Assembly (NCBI GenBank): GCA_963787755.1
Contig: CAWBEG010000002.1
Location: forward strand, 351,101-415,100
Direction: 5' to 3'
Length of the DNA: 64,000 nt
Source: Vicinamibacterales bacterium
GTDB taxonomy: Bacteria > Acidobacteriota > Vicinamibacteria > Vicinamibacterales > JAMQPK01
This document shows positions 39,258 through 50,191 of this stretch, one piece after another. A model generated the notes under the pieces. The model saw only the letters and a list, made by a program, of their open reading frames with translations, was not told where the DNA came from and did not search any database. The translations under genes were made by a program, and so were the position numbers. The number at the start of each line of letters is the position of its first letter. Positions within the stretch are counted from its first letter, which is position 1.

Positions 39258-39586
39258 ATCGCCAGCGCGGTGCGCGCGCCGACTGAACGAACGTTTTGCC
39301 GAGGAAAAGCGCGTGATTGTGCCTGAATTCCGCGGGGTTTGGTGGGTGACCTTAATCACACGCGAATGTTGTTCGGGCGATGAAATTCAAACAAGTTTGT
39401 TGGATCTGCGAAGGCCCCGATCCTGCCCCGACGACCTCGATCAGCTGAAACGTCGGCAAATCTTACAAGCGTTGTCCGTTTCTCAGAAACCTCGACAAGG
39501 ATGTATCTCGCGGGCGCGAGCGCATGACCTGAGAACAGTTCTCAGGTTTCTGGACTTCCGAACTCGCGTGCTACCGTCGCCGGTCG

Positions 39587-40686
39587 ATGGCCGTCGTCGT
39601 CGCGATCGTCGCGCTTCTCGTGCTCAACGTTTCTCTCGATGCGCAGTCGGTCGATCGGTCCGCGCTCAACGGGCAGCAGTTGTATGAGGCCGCGTGCGCT
39701 GCGTGTCATGGAAGCGACGGCCGCGGCCAGCCCATCGCCGTTCGCGGCTTCGAGATCGAGCTGCCGGATTTCACCGACTGCAGCCTTACCACTCCCGAAG
39801 CCGATCTCGATTGGCTGTCCGTGGTGCACCAGGGCGGCCCGGCGCGCGCGTTCGATCGCATGATGCCCGCGTTCGGCGACGAGCTGACCGAGGCGACAGA
39901 TCGGCCTGGTCGTCGATCATGTCCGCACGTTCTGCGCTGAGCCCGGATGGCCGCGCGGCGATCTGAATCTGCCGAGACCGTTCGTCACCGAGAAGGCGTT
40001 TCCCGAGAACGAAGCGGTCCTCACCACGACGTTTGTTCCAAGCCACGAGCGTTCGTTCAGCAATCAGTTTCTGTACGAGCATCGCGTCGGCCGGCGCGGC
40101 CAATACGAAGTGTTCGTGCCGTTCGACGTGCGCCAGTCGGCAGTCGGGCTCATGGCAGGCGGGTGTGGGGACATCGGCGCTGCGTACAAGCACGTGCTGT
40201 ACGACAGCCTGTCGCGCGGGTCGATCCTGTCCGCGGGCGGGGAGTTCACGCTCCCGACCGGCAGCGAGTCGAAAGGTCTCGGCAAAGGGGTTGCGATGAT
40301 CGAGGCATTCGGCACCTTCAGCCAGGCGCTTCCGCGCGACGGATTTCTGCACGCACACACCGGCGTCGAAGTGCCGGCCGACGCAGAGACGGGCGGCAAA
40401 GGAGACATTCTGGCGGTTCGCGTCGGGAAGAGCTTCATGGAGCAGCGCTGGGGCCGCGCATGGTCGCCGATGGTCGAGATCCTCGGCGCGCGCGAGCTCG
40501 AAGACGGCAGCGAAGCAGAGTGGGACGTGCTGCCGCAGGTGCAGGTGAGCCTCAGCAACGCGTCAGCACGTGCTGATGAATATCGGCGTGCGCACGCCGC
40601 TCTCGCAGCGGCGCGAGCGGCGCACGAGCGTGCTCGTGTATCTGCTGTGGGACTGGTTCGACGGAGGGTTCTTCTCGGGATGGTGA
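39587..40686 (+). CDS. Monoheme cytochrome c domain fused to a putative outer-membrane beta-barrel (MetA/phenol-degradation-type transporter-like) domain, frame broken twice
   Basis: A signal peptide and CAACH with a downstream MMPAF are followed by about 260 aa of amphipathic strands ending ...LLWDWFDGGFFSGW (terminal aromatic). Breaks are near 39895 and 40555. The stop overlaps the next ATG (TGATG). Confidence 0.5.
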
Positions 40687-42295
40687 TGCGTACTCTGTTT
40701 GTCCTGTCGTGCGTGGCGTTCGGCGTGTCGGCGATGTACGCGCAGCGGAATCCGCACACGGAGATCTTCGCCACGTCGGATCAGTGCATGGCGTGTCATA
40801 ACGGTTTGCGCACGCCTTCGGGCGAAGATGTCTCGATCGGTGCGGCGCTGGCGCGCGTCGATGATGGCCAATTCGTCGCGCGATCCGTACTGGCAGGCGG
40901 CGGTGCGGAGAGAAGTGCTCGATCACCCGGCCGCGGCCGACGCGATTCAGGATGAATGCGCGACCTGCCATATGCCGATGTCGCGCACCGAGGCGCGGCT
41001 CAATGGTGCACGAAGGCGCAGGTGTTCGATCACCTGCCCGTCACAGACGAAAGCGATCGCTCCGATCGGCTTGCGCACGACGGCGTCGCCTGTTCGCTGT
41101 GCCATCAGATTACCGATCGGAATCTCGGCACGCCGGCGAGCTTCACCGGGGGGTATGCCGTCTCGCCCCGGTACACCGGCGCCGCGCCCGATGTTCGGAC
41201 CTTTCAAGATCGAACGCGGCATGACGACGATCATGCGAGTCGGCGACCGGCTTCGAGCCGACCGAGGCGGTGCACATTCGCCAGTCGGAGCTGTGCGCGA
41301 CGTGCCACACCCTGGTCACGAAAGCGCGGGGGCCCAAAGGAGAAATCATCGGCGAACTTCCGGAGCAGATGCCGTTTCAGGAATGGAAGCACAGCGCCTA
41401 CGCAGGCGAGCAGCGCAGCTGCCAGTCCTGCCATATGCCCGGCGTCGAGGAGGACACGCCGATCGCGTCCGTGCTCGGCGCGCCGCGCAAAGGATTCGCG
41501 CGCCACACCTTCATCGGCGGGAATGTCTTCATGCAGCGTATGCTCAACCGGTATCGCGGCGACCTGGGTGTCGTCGCGACGAAGGTCGAGATGGAGGCGT
41601 CGATCGGCGCGACGGTCGCCAATCTCCAGAAATCGACGGCCGAACTGGCGATCGATCGAGCCGAACGATCTGGCGGCCGGCTCATCGCAGACGTCCGCGT
41701 GCAGAACCTGACTGGCCACAAGCTGCCCACGGGATATCCATCGCGGCGCGCATGGCTGCACTTCACCGTGACCGATCGCAACGGGCGCACGGTATTCGAA
41801 TCGGGAGCTATCGCGTCGAACGGCGCGATAGCCGGCAACGACAACGACGCCGATGCGGCAGGCGTCGAGCCTCATCACACCGAGATCCACACCGCGGATC
41901 AGGTGCAGATCTACGAGTCGGTGATGAGCGACTCGAACGGCCGACCGACTACAGGTCTTCTGACGGCGGTGCGATACCTCAAGGACAATCGTCTGGTGCC
42001 GAGAGGCTTTGACAAGGTGACTGCCGATCCACAGATCGCCGTCGTCGGAGCGGCGGGCGAGGATGCGGACTTTGTTAGCGGTGGCGATCGTGTTCGCTAC
42101 GCGATTGGGATCAACGAGACGGATGGCCCCTTCCAGATCGACGTCGAGCTGCGGTTTCAGGTGATCGGCTTCAGGTGGGCGGAGAATCTCCGCGCGTACA
42201 AAGCAAAGGAAACCAGTCGATTCGTCGGCTACTACGAATCGATGGCTTCCTCCTCTTCAGAAGTGCTTGCTGCGAGTCACGAAGTCGTCAAATAG
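40686..42295 (+). CDS. Periplasmic multiheme cytochrome c (at least five CxxCH), frame broken at least four times
   Basis: The signal peptide is MRTLFVLSCVAFGVSAMYA. Heme motifs are CMACH, CATCH, CSLCH, CATCH and CQSCH. The C-terminal part reads NLTGHKLPTGYPSRRAWLHFTV... Breaks are near 40850, 41005, 41170 and 41240. Confidence 0.7.
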
Positions 42296-43318
42296 GCCTG
42301 GGCGCTCAGGGACTTCGAGCGGCGCCGGCGGTTTTGCCGTCGCTGGAGCAGCCGGCTTTGCAGTCGACGGCGCAGATGGCTTTGCCGTCGACCCGGGTTT
42401 GTCCTGCGGGGGTACGGGTTTCACAGGAGGCGCCGCGGGCACCGACGGAGCGGCTTTGTTGTCGACCGAGCGCCGCGTGATGACTCCGGAATCCACAGTC
42501 TTGCTCTGGTCGCTGATGGTCTGGAAGTGCATCTGATCGCCGTCGATCTCGAAGATCATGAAATGGAAGCCCGTATCGAAGGCCTTCTCCGTAAACTCAC
42601 CACCGACGTCACCTTTGCGAATCTTGCCGGCGCCGCCGGAGATGAAATAGTGGATGCCTTTCTGCGGCTTCAGCCGTTCGTAGAAGTGCTCGTGCCCTGC
42701 GAGCACCACGTCGACGCCGTATTTCAGGAAGAGCGGCTCGAGCTGATCGCGTAGTGCGGTATCTGAACCGTGCGCGCCACCAGACGAGTAAATCGGGTGG
42801 TGGAAGTACATGATCTTCCAGTCCGAGCCGCTCGCCGCCAACTCTTTCTCCAGCCACTGCAGCTGCGTGCGATCCATGTAATTGCTGTCGAGCGCGAACA
42901 ACCGGATGCCGGGCTTGGGCCTGAAGGTGTAGAACCGCTCGCCGTTCATGTTGAACAGCTTGTACATGCGCTGATTCGGACTGTCGTGATTGCCCAGCGC
43001 AGCGTAGAACTTGATGTTCTTGTCGAGCACTGGCTTATAGGGAATCTCGAACTTTTTCTGAAAATCGCGCGTGCTTTCGCCGCCGTACATGTTGTCGCCC
43101 ATCATCAGCACGAACTCGTACGGAAAACGCTGATACAGGTCGGTGAACACTTTGGCGAGCCGATACTGATTCGAATCGCCCGTTCCGCTGTCGCCGATGA
43201 CCGCAAATTTAAGCGTGTCCTTCGGCTTGTTTGGAACGGTGAGATCCTGCGCGGCCACACCGGCAACAAGGACTGCGGTCAGCGCGAGAACGGCGGAAAG
43301 TGATGGATGTGTCCGCAT
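42257..43318 (-). CDS. Secreted calcineurin-like metallophosphoesterase (purple acid phosphatase-like) with a Pro/Ala/Lys-rich tail
   Basis: GDSGTG, GDNMY, GNHD, HHP and GHEHFYER are present. The tail reads STAKPSAPSTAKPAAPATAKPPAP. The 3' end overlaps the convergent cytochrome gene by 39 nt. Confidence 0.85.
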   Translation of the reverse strand: MRTHPSLSAVLALTAVLVAGVAAQDLTVPNKPKDTLKFAVIGDSGTGDSNQYRLAKVFTDLYQRFPYEFVLMMGDNMYGGESTRDFQKKFEIPYKPVLDKNIKFYAALGNHDSPNQRMYKLFNMNGERFYTFRPKPGIRLFALDSNYMDRTQLQWLEKELAASGSDWKIMYFHHPIYSSGGAHGSDTALRDQLEPLFLKYGVDVVLAGHEHFYERLKPQKGIHYFISGGAGKIRKGDVGGEFTEKAFDTGFHFMIFEIDGDQMHFQTISDQSKTVDSGVITRRSVDNKAAPSVPAAPPVKPVPPQDKPGSTAKPSAPSTAKPAAPATAKPPAPLEVPERPGLFDDFVTRSKHF

Positions 43319-43329
43319 GAGATCCTCAG

Positions 43330-43971
43330 TTACGGCATTGCGTTCAACATGAAGTCGATGATGAGGTTCGCCTTGGCATCGAACAGAATGAGGTGTTTGC
43401 CGGCGAACCGGTACTGAATGTCTTCGGGCAATTGCGGCAGAGCCGCGAGCACGTCTGGCGGCACGGTGGACAGCGGCACGTCTTTCGGGTACTCCGCGTT
43501 CACCTTGAACGGAACATCTTTCGCCTCGGGGGCATCGTCTTTGATGATCGCCTTGTTGTCGGCGGCGTCAGACCCCTTTGTCAGGGGCGGCCGCAGCAGC
43601 CGTCGGAACATCGCCTGCGTTGCCGGCGTGAACACGTCGCCGCGCTTTGCAGTGGCGCGGGCGGTGCGCACATGGTGCGCAATCGATTTTTCCGCAGTCG
43701 TAATTTCTGCCGGCTGAGATTTCTTTTCCAGATCCGGCGACGCGTTCTCTGCCTTGTCACGCAGCTTCACGTAATCGTCGACCCGCTTCTTGAAGTCCGC
43801 CATCAGCCCCGCGTCGGGGTTCGTGTTGTTCCCCTTTGGCATTTGCTGGGCCTGGGCAGGTTGCGCCGGTGTACCCGGGGACTTCAATGGCGATGCCGCC
43901 TGCTGCGCAGAAGACGAGCACGCCCCGAGCAAACAGACCGTGACCGCATAGGGGTACAGCGATTTCGTCAT
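43330..43971 (-). CDS. Lipoprotein of unknown function (paralog of 51474..52128)
   Basis: The lipobox is CLLGAC. The C-terminal LPEDIQYRFAGKHLILFDAKANLIIDF is shared with the second copy. Confidence 0.5.
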   Translation of the reverse strand: MTKSLYPYAVTVCLLGACSSSAQQAASPLKSPGTPAQPAQAQQMPKGNNTNPDAGLMADFKKRVDDYVKLRDKAENASPDLEKKSQPAEITTAEKSIAHHVRTARATAKRGDVFTPATQAMFRRLLRPPLTKGSDAADNKAIIKDDAPEAKDVPFKVNAEYPKDVPLSTVPPDVLAALPQLPEDIQYRFAGKHLILFDAKANLIIDFMLNAMP

Positions 43972-44040
43972 AACTCCGATACAAGCAGTTTTCGTACCGG
44001 TGACAGTTGGGGAGTGCGCGTTTGCAGCTGTAGCGATTCG

Positions 44041-44599
44041 TTACAGAAAGGATCGCGTGAAGAGGTCTTCGATCGCCTTCTTCGCCGGCTCCTGCAGCTG
44101 CCGCGTGCCTGTGCCGGTGAAGTGCGGGTGCATGATGCGCGGCCCATCCTTGCTGTCTGGCGCCTGCCAATCTTCGCCGGTCCACCAGAACCAGCCCTTG
44201 CGCTCCTGATCGAACACGTGAAGTTTCTTGTTACATAGCTTGGCGAACTCCGCACCCCATCCCGTGCCGCCCCGGACAGTCTTGTCCTCGAGGATTGTTC
44301 CGATGACCCAAATCTCCTGACCGCTATTGACCTGGTACCACATCGTCTGCAGCACTTTTCGTATGGTGGGGGCGTCGGAGTAGCGGCGCTGCATCAGACC
44401 GGCTGACGTACTCGAGGCTGATGTCGCCGTTCTGCAGCTCTTCGTGGTTGAGCACACGCACGCCGCGGTGGCGGACGATCTTGTGGCCGTCGAATGTGAA
44501 GTTTACTTCCTCGACGCCGTGGCGCTCGGCGCAGGCGCCGAACTCGGCTTCGGCGCCCGGGGCGCCCCCGCTGAACAGGATGCAGTCGGTTGCCTTCAT
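44041..44599 (-). CDS. Hypothetical Rossmann-like protein with a SLOG/DprA-type glycine motif, frame broken
   Basis: MKATDCILFSGGAPGAEAEFG...VRGGTGWGAEFAK...FTGTGTRQL. ORFs 44324..44599 and 44041..44457 join near 44400. Confidence 0.45.
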
Positions 44600-44631
44600 G
44601 CGGGGATCATAGCATCGCGTAGAATCTAGGC

Positions 44632-44862
44632 ATGCTCAAGGGCAGCCGCCAGGCCATCCTCAAGCGCATCCAACCTATCAGCATTCACGGCCAGGCGTCA
44701 TGGGAGATTGTGTTCACGCACGTCGACGATTCGACCGAGCAGCTGAACGCGGCGCGTGTCGGCAACGAGGCGATTTCCGCGCAATCGCTCGAGCCTGGCG
44801 ATCGCATCGACGTCGAGTACCTGTTCAACCAGGTCGTGAAGGTCACGCGCCTTCCTTCGTAA
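44632..44862 (+). CDS. Hypothetical small protein
   Basis: A 76-aa ORF divergent from 44041..44599 with a 32-nt gap. No motif is recognised. Confidence 0.35.
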   Translation: MLKGSRQAILKRIQPISIHGQASWEIVFTHVDDSTEQLNAARVGNEAISAQSLEPGDRIDVEYLFNQVVKVTRLPS

Positions 44863-44866
44863 CGCG

Positions 44867-46072
44867 TCAGTCCCGCCATAACCACCGCAGCGCATCCGGC
44901 AGAATCGCGCGCATGTGGCCGTTGCTGTGGAAGCCCTGCCCCTGCTCGAACTTGTAATCGTATCCGGCAAAGGCCAGCGATCGTGCGAGCGTCTGGTTCG
45001 CGAGCCACCAGCTGCCGTGCTGGTTGTCCAGATCGTTGGCGCCGTCCTGCATGAAGACGCGGATCGGTTTCCGCGGCGCTTTCCGAATCATCGCCGCGTA
45101 GTTGTGCCCTCCTTCGCGGAGCGTCTTGCCCGACTGGATGTTCGTGAAGCTGCCGATCCCGGAGAGAACTTTGCTGAACTCACTGGGCCGTTCCCACGCG
45201 ACGGTGAACGCGGCAATCGCGCCGCTGCTCTGGCCGGCAATCGCGCGGCCCGCGGCATCGCGACGCAGTCTGACGGTCTTTTCGACTTCGGGGAGGATCT
45301 CCTCGAGCAGAAAGCGCGCGTACTGATCGGAGAGCGTGTCGTATTCGAAACTGCGATTGTCGCGGGGTGTTTTGATGCCGCCGGGCTCGATGAAGATCCC
45401 GACGGTGATGGGAATGTTTCCCTTCGCGATCAGGTTGTCGAACACCGGGACGACGTATTGCCGCGCCCCGGCGCCATCCTGAAACACCATAACCGCCGCC
45501 GGGTTCGCCGCGTTGTACTGAGCAGGCACGTAGACCCACCAGTCGCGCGTGGTGGCCGGGAAGATCCTGCTGCTCCACGACGGCATCTGCGTGAGAGTGC
45601 CTTTCGGCACGCCGGCGCGCTCGCGCGCGTCCGGATGTGTTTCGTACACCTCCAGTTGCCCGCCGCCGAATCGCGCGCCGCCCGCTTCGTAGTGCCACGT
45701 AAACGCGGCGCCGTGGGTGAGATGCGCAACGCCGGCATACAGGCCGCCCGTTCCAACTTTGGTGAGTGCCAGATTGAACATCCCGTGATCCGCGACGGCT
45801 CGCGGCGCCGGGCTGGTTGCCGGCAGGTTTGGCGCCTCGATCGCGAAGGCGACGCTCAGTTCGTCCGCGCGGGCAGGCGCGCCTCTCAGGAGTACGTCGC
45901 GGCCGCCGAAGTAGGCGCGGATGCGATCGGCGAGACGCTCGGCCTCGGGACCGGCGGGGTTGTCGGCGAGCGCGGCCGACAGCGATTTGGGATCGAGTGC
46001 GGGCCCTTCCTGGGCGAGCACAGGCGACCCGCACAGCACGGTTGCGGCGACCAGAACGGCGGCGAATTTCAT
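44867..46072 (-). CDS. Secreted esterase (enterochelin-esterase-like, putative esterase family)
   Basis: A signal peptide is present, with WWVYVPAQY...VMVFQDG..., the nucleophile-elbow context IAGQSSGAIAAF, and the C-terminal GFHSNGH. Confidence 0.75.
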   Translation of the reverse strand: MKFAAVLVAATVLCGSPVLAQEGPALDPKSLSAALADNPAGPEAERLADRIRAYFGGRDVLLRGAPARADELSVAFAIEAPNLPATSPAPRAVADHGMFNLALTKVGTGGLYAGVAHLTHGAAFTWHYEAGGARFGGGQLEVYETHPDARERAGVPKGTLTQMPSWSSRIFPATTRDWWVYVPAQYNAANPAAVMVFQDGAGARQYVVPVFDNLIAKGNIPITVGIFIEPGGIKTPRDNRSFEYDTLSDQYARFLLEEILPEVEKTVRLRRDAAGRAIAGQSSGAIAAFTVAWERPSEFSKVLSGIGSFTNIQSGKTLREGGHNYAAMIRKAPRKPIRVFMQDGANDLDNQHGSWWLANQTLARSLAFAGYDYKFEQGQGFHSNGHMRAILPDALRWLWRD

Positions 46073-46188
46073 GATTCAGCTCCTCCCGCTTCGCGCTTCG
46101 CTCGCCTTCGCTGGGCTTCGGCGCGGACGCTATGGCGGGCAAGGTGCAAATGTTATATTCATTCTTCGCGAAATCGATACGGCGCGAC

Positions 46189-48756
46189 ATGTTGTTGAGG
46201 GGTCTCATGACCGTGTACCGGCACGTCCTTGTCGGCGCGTTTCTGACGGTCGTGGCTGCCGGCCCGGCCCGCGCGCAACAGGTCACCAACGAATTCTTCG
46301 AGGCGAAGATCCGCCCGGTGCTCGCGGCCAAGTGCTATGCGTGCCACAACAGCAAGATGAAAGAGCCGAAGGGCTACCTCATGCTCGACAGCCGTGAAGG
46401 CGTCATGAAGGGGGGCACGCTCGGCCCCGCGCTGGTGTCCGGAAAACCCGCCGACAGCAAACTGATTCACGCGATGAAGTACGTGGATCCTCATCTGCAG
46501 ATGCCGCCGAGCGGCAAGCTCGCCGATGAGGTGATTGCCGATTTCGAGATGTGGATTGCGGGTGGTGCACCGGATCCGCGCGTCGATACCGCCGCCACGG
46601 CCACGGCGAAACGCCGCGTCGTCGATGAAGCGGAGCTCGCGAAGGGGCGGCAGTGGTGGGCGTTCCAGGCAGTGAAGGCGCTCCCTCAGCCGGTGTCTGC
46701 GCATGCCTCGACGGCGCGCACGAAGCTCGATCATTTCGTGTATGCGAAGCTGGCCGAGAAGGAGCTGACGCCGTCGCCACAGGCCGACGATCGGACGCTC
46801 GTTCGCCGCGCGTACATCGATTTGATCGGTCTCAAGCCGACCTACGAGCAGGTTGAGGCGTACGTCAACGACGCCTCGCCGGACAAATACGAGAAGCTTC
46901 TCGACTCACTTCTGGCAATGCCGCAGTACGGCGAGCGCTGGGGGCGTCACTGGCTCGACGTCGTCAGGTACGGCGAAGACAATCCCGGCAACATCACGAA
47001 CCCGCCCTATCCGCACGCGTGGCGGTACCGCGACTGGGTCATCGAGGCGATCAATAAGGATGTGCCCTACGACCGCTTCGTCAAGCTGCAGCTGGCGGCC
47101 GACCTCATGCCCGGCACGTCGCGCCCGGACATGCGGGCGCTCGGCCCCATCGCACTCGGCCCGCAGGATCACAAAGACGTGCGGCTTTCGATCGACGTCA
47201 TCGGCACGCTTCAATTGAATGACTGGGACGAGCGCCTCGATACCATGACGCGCGGGCTTCTCGGGACTGTCGGTGTCGTGCGCGCGCTGCCACGACCACA
47301 AGTTCGATCCGATCCGGCAGTTGGACTACGCGAGGTTGACCAGCGTATTCGCCTCGACGTCGCGTGCACTGCGTCCGTTCTTCGAGATCGATCCGAAGAC
47401 CGAAACGCGATTCATGTGGGTGTACCAGCGGATGTTCGACCTGCACTACACGGCGAACCTGCTGGAAGGCGATCCGGGATCGAAGCCCGAGCAGGCCGAG
47501 CGGCAGGTGAAGACGTTCCGCCAGGAACTCAAGGAGTTGCAGGCCGAGATCGACGCGATGTCGAAGGAGTACCCGCAGATCGCGGAGTACATCAAGACCG
47601 TCCCCTATCCGGGCGAGCGACCAGCCGACCAGCGCAACCCCGACGGCACGCTCAAGAAACGCGAGCCGGTGCCCGATGAGAAGCGCGCGCGCCCGGTCGA
47701 TCAGATTCCGAATCCCGAACGCGTGCAGAACCAGGGCGACGGCGGCGGACCGCGCAAGCGGATCGATCCCACGGCGCCGTTCCTGAATTCGATTTACGAC
47801 GCAGGCGTGTGGTGGAACACGTCGGAGCCCGATCTCACGTTCTTCGATGTCACGCCGGGCAAGCCGCGCGATCTGCCGCTGTATCGCGGCGGAAATCTCG
47901 GGACACCGACTGATCTCGCGCCGCGCGGGTTCCCGCTCGTGCTCGCCAAAGACAGCGGCAACTTCCACAACGGATCCGGGCGGCTCGAACTTGGCGAGAA
48001 AATCTTCACGGATGCCGCACCGCTGAGCGCGCGCGTGATGGTGAATCGCGTGTGGGGCTGGCATTTCGACAAGCATCTCGTCGGCACGCCCAGCGATTTC
48101 GGCATCCAGGGCCTGCAGCCGACGCATCCTGAATTACTGGAAGATTTGTCTGCGCGGTTCATCGCGAGCGGGTGGTCGCTCAAGTGGCTGCACAAGGAGA
48201 TCATGCTGTCGGCCACCTATCGGCAGTCGAGCAAGCCGCGCACGCGTGAGATGGACGTGGATCCCACGAACCAGTTGATGTGGCGCATGAATCCGCGGCG
48301 TATGGACATCGAGTCGTACCGCGACTCGCTGCTGCAGGCGTCGGGAAGGCTGGATCTCACGATGTACGGGCCGTCCCAACCCGACGTCGACGCCGGCGTT
48401 CGGCGCACGATGTATGCGTCGATCAGCCGCGGCCGCAGCAACGACGTGATGAAGCTCTACGACGTGCCGGCGCCGCTTGCCCATATTCCAATGCGGCAGC
48501 CGACGCTCAACCCGCTGCAGGCGCTTGTTCGTCATGAACAGCAGTTTCGTGCAGGAACAGGCGAAGGCGCTTGCCGAGCAAGTGGCCGCAGAACCGACTG
48601 CCGAAGCAAGGATTCAGTCGTTGTATCGAAAAGTCTTCTCGAGAAACGCGACGCCGGATGAAATGGCGCTCGGCGTGAAATATCTTGCCGCCGCCAGACG
48701 CCGCACGGTACGCGCAGGCCCTGCTCTCGACCAACGAGGTGATCTTTTGGCCATAG
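46189..48756 (+). CDS. PSCyt1/DUF1549/DUF1553 protein (Planctomycete-type cytochrome c domain protein), frame broken three times
   Basis: CYACHN is the heme motif, [18 protein letters not shown]...[16 protein letters not shown] matches DUF1549, and [12 protein letters not shown] matches DUF1553. The C-terminus is [15 protein letters not shown]. Breaks are near 47270, 48530 and 48700. Confidence 0.8.
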
Positions 48757-50108
48757 AAAAATTCTCGCGGCGTGAGGCGCTGAAGTGCATGTGCGGCGGC
48801 ATCGGCATGCTCGGCCTCGCCGATCTCCTTGCCGATGACGCGCTCGCGGCCGGCACGCACATCGTCGGCCCGCACTTCGCGCCCGAAGCGAAGCACGTGA
48901 TCCTGCTGTTCATGACCGGCGGGCCGTCGCAGGTTGACCTGTGGGATCCCAAACCCGCCCTCATGAAATACGCCGGTCAGCGGCCCGCAACAGCCGATCT
49001 CCGCACGGAGCGGACGACGGCCGGGCTGATGCCCACGAAATTCTCGTTCGCGAAGCACGGGAAAGCCGGCATCGAGATGAGCGAGCTGCTGCCGAACCTT
49101 GCGACGGTCGCCGATGAGCTCTGCGTCATCCGCTCGATGTTCACAACGAACCCGAATCACGAGCAGGCGCGCAGCATGTTTCATCAGGGCAGCATGATCC
49201 TGTCGCGCCCGTCGATGGGATCGTGGATCTCGTACGGCCTCGGAACCGAGAACAAGAACCTGCCGGCTTTCATGGTGCTCGCGCCGGACGGCGGCGGCTT
49301 CACCACGTCGGGATTCCTGCCCGCCGAATTCCAGGGCAGTTCCTTCAACACGTTCGAGATGGCGCCCGACAAGATGATCCGGTTCCTGCGCAACACCGAC
49401 CTGAACGCCGATGCGCAGCGCGCGCAACTCGATCTTGCGCAGGCACTCAACCAGAAGCACCAGGAAGGCTTCGGGCAGGACGCGTTTCTCGAAGGGCGCA
49501 TCGCATCGATGGAGTCCGCGTTCAAGATGCAGTTCGCCGCGATGGACACGCTCGACGTCATGAAGGAGCCCGAGTCGGTTCGGGAAGAGTACGGCGCGAC
49601 ACCCTACGCGCAGGGCTGTCTGATGGCGCGCCGCCTGGTCGAGAGCGGCGTTCGCTTCGTCGTCGTGCACTACGGGCCCGGACAGCCGTGGGACGACCAC
49701 AAGGAAATCGACAAGAACCTCCGCGAGCGATGCCCGAACATGGACAAGGCGTCGGCGGCGCTCATCCGCGATCTCAGGCGCCGCGGGCTGCTCGACGAAA
49801 CGCTGGTCGTATGGGGTGGGGAGTTCGGCCGCACGCCGGTGTCAGAGAGCGGCGACGGGCGCGATCACAACCCGTACGGCTTCTCGATGTTCATGGCCGG
49901 CGGTGGCGTGAAGGGTGGCATGACGTACGGCGCATCCGACGACTTCGGATTCCGCGCGGTGGAGAACCGCGTGTCGATTCACGACTTGCACGCAACGATC
50001 CTTCATCAGCTCGGCATCGACCACGAGAAGCTGACGTATCGCTATGCGGGCAGGGACTTCCGGCTGACCGACGTCTTCGGGAACGTCGTGAAGGACGTCT
50101 TGGTGTAA
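48747..50108 (+). CDS. DUF1501 sulfatase-fold protein with a Tat signal
   Basis: A TTG start gives (M)[43 protein letters not shown] and GEFGRTP...GRDHN are present. It is the usual partner of DUF1549/1553 genes. Confidence 0.85.
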   Translation: MAIEKFSRREALKCMCGGIGMLGLADLLADDALAAGTHIVGPHFAPEAKHVILLFMTGGPSQVDLWDPKPALMKYAGQRPATADLRTERTTAGLMPTKFSFAKHGKAGIEMSELLPNLATVADELCVIRSMFTTNPNHEQARSMFHQGSMILSRPSMGSWISYGLGTENKNLPAFMVLAPDGGGFTTSGFLPAEFQGSSFNTFEMAPDKMIRFLRNTDLNADAQRAQLDLAQALNQKHQEGFGQDAFLEGRIASMESAFKMQFAAMDTLDVMKEPESVREEYGATPYAQGCLMARRLVESGVRFVVVHYGPGQPWDDHKEIDKNLRERCPNMDKASAALIRDLRRRGLLDETLVVWGGEFGRTPVSESGDGRDHNPYGFSMFMAGGGVKGGMTYGASDDFGFRAVENRVSIHDLHATILHQLGIDHEKLTYRYAGRDFRLTDVFGNVVKDVLV

Positions 50109-50112
50109 CGGT

Positions 50113-50179
50113 CAGAGCCGAGAGCCGAGAGCCGAGAGCCGAGAGCAGAGGGCAGAGAGTGCCATCTGCTCTCTGCCCT
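50113..50179. repeat. Four tandem GAGAGCC heptamers followed by an 11-bp-stem hairpin; shared terminator of convergent genes
   Basis: cagagccgagagccgagagccgagagccgagag is followed by agggcagagag (50149-50159), a 9-nt loop and ctctctgccct (50169-50179). Confidence 0.65.
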
Positions 50180-50191
50180 GACAGGCGCTGT

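Noticed and set aside
39313-39687. A 124-aa plus-strand ORF in the amtB / cytochrome c intergenic region.
   Set aside because: It runs out of frame into the cytochrome c gene, has a Cys/Arg-rich nonsense composition, and lies in a region better explained as regulatory.
42257-42295. Overlapping 3' ends of convergent genes (also 4720-4781), considered as a possible antisense regulatory arrangement.
   Set aside because: Both overlaps involve low-complexity Pro/Ala-rich tails. They could simply reflect uncertain true stops in an error-prone assembly, so there is no independent support.
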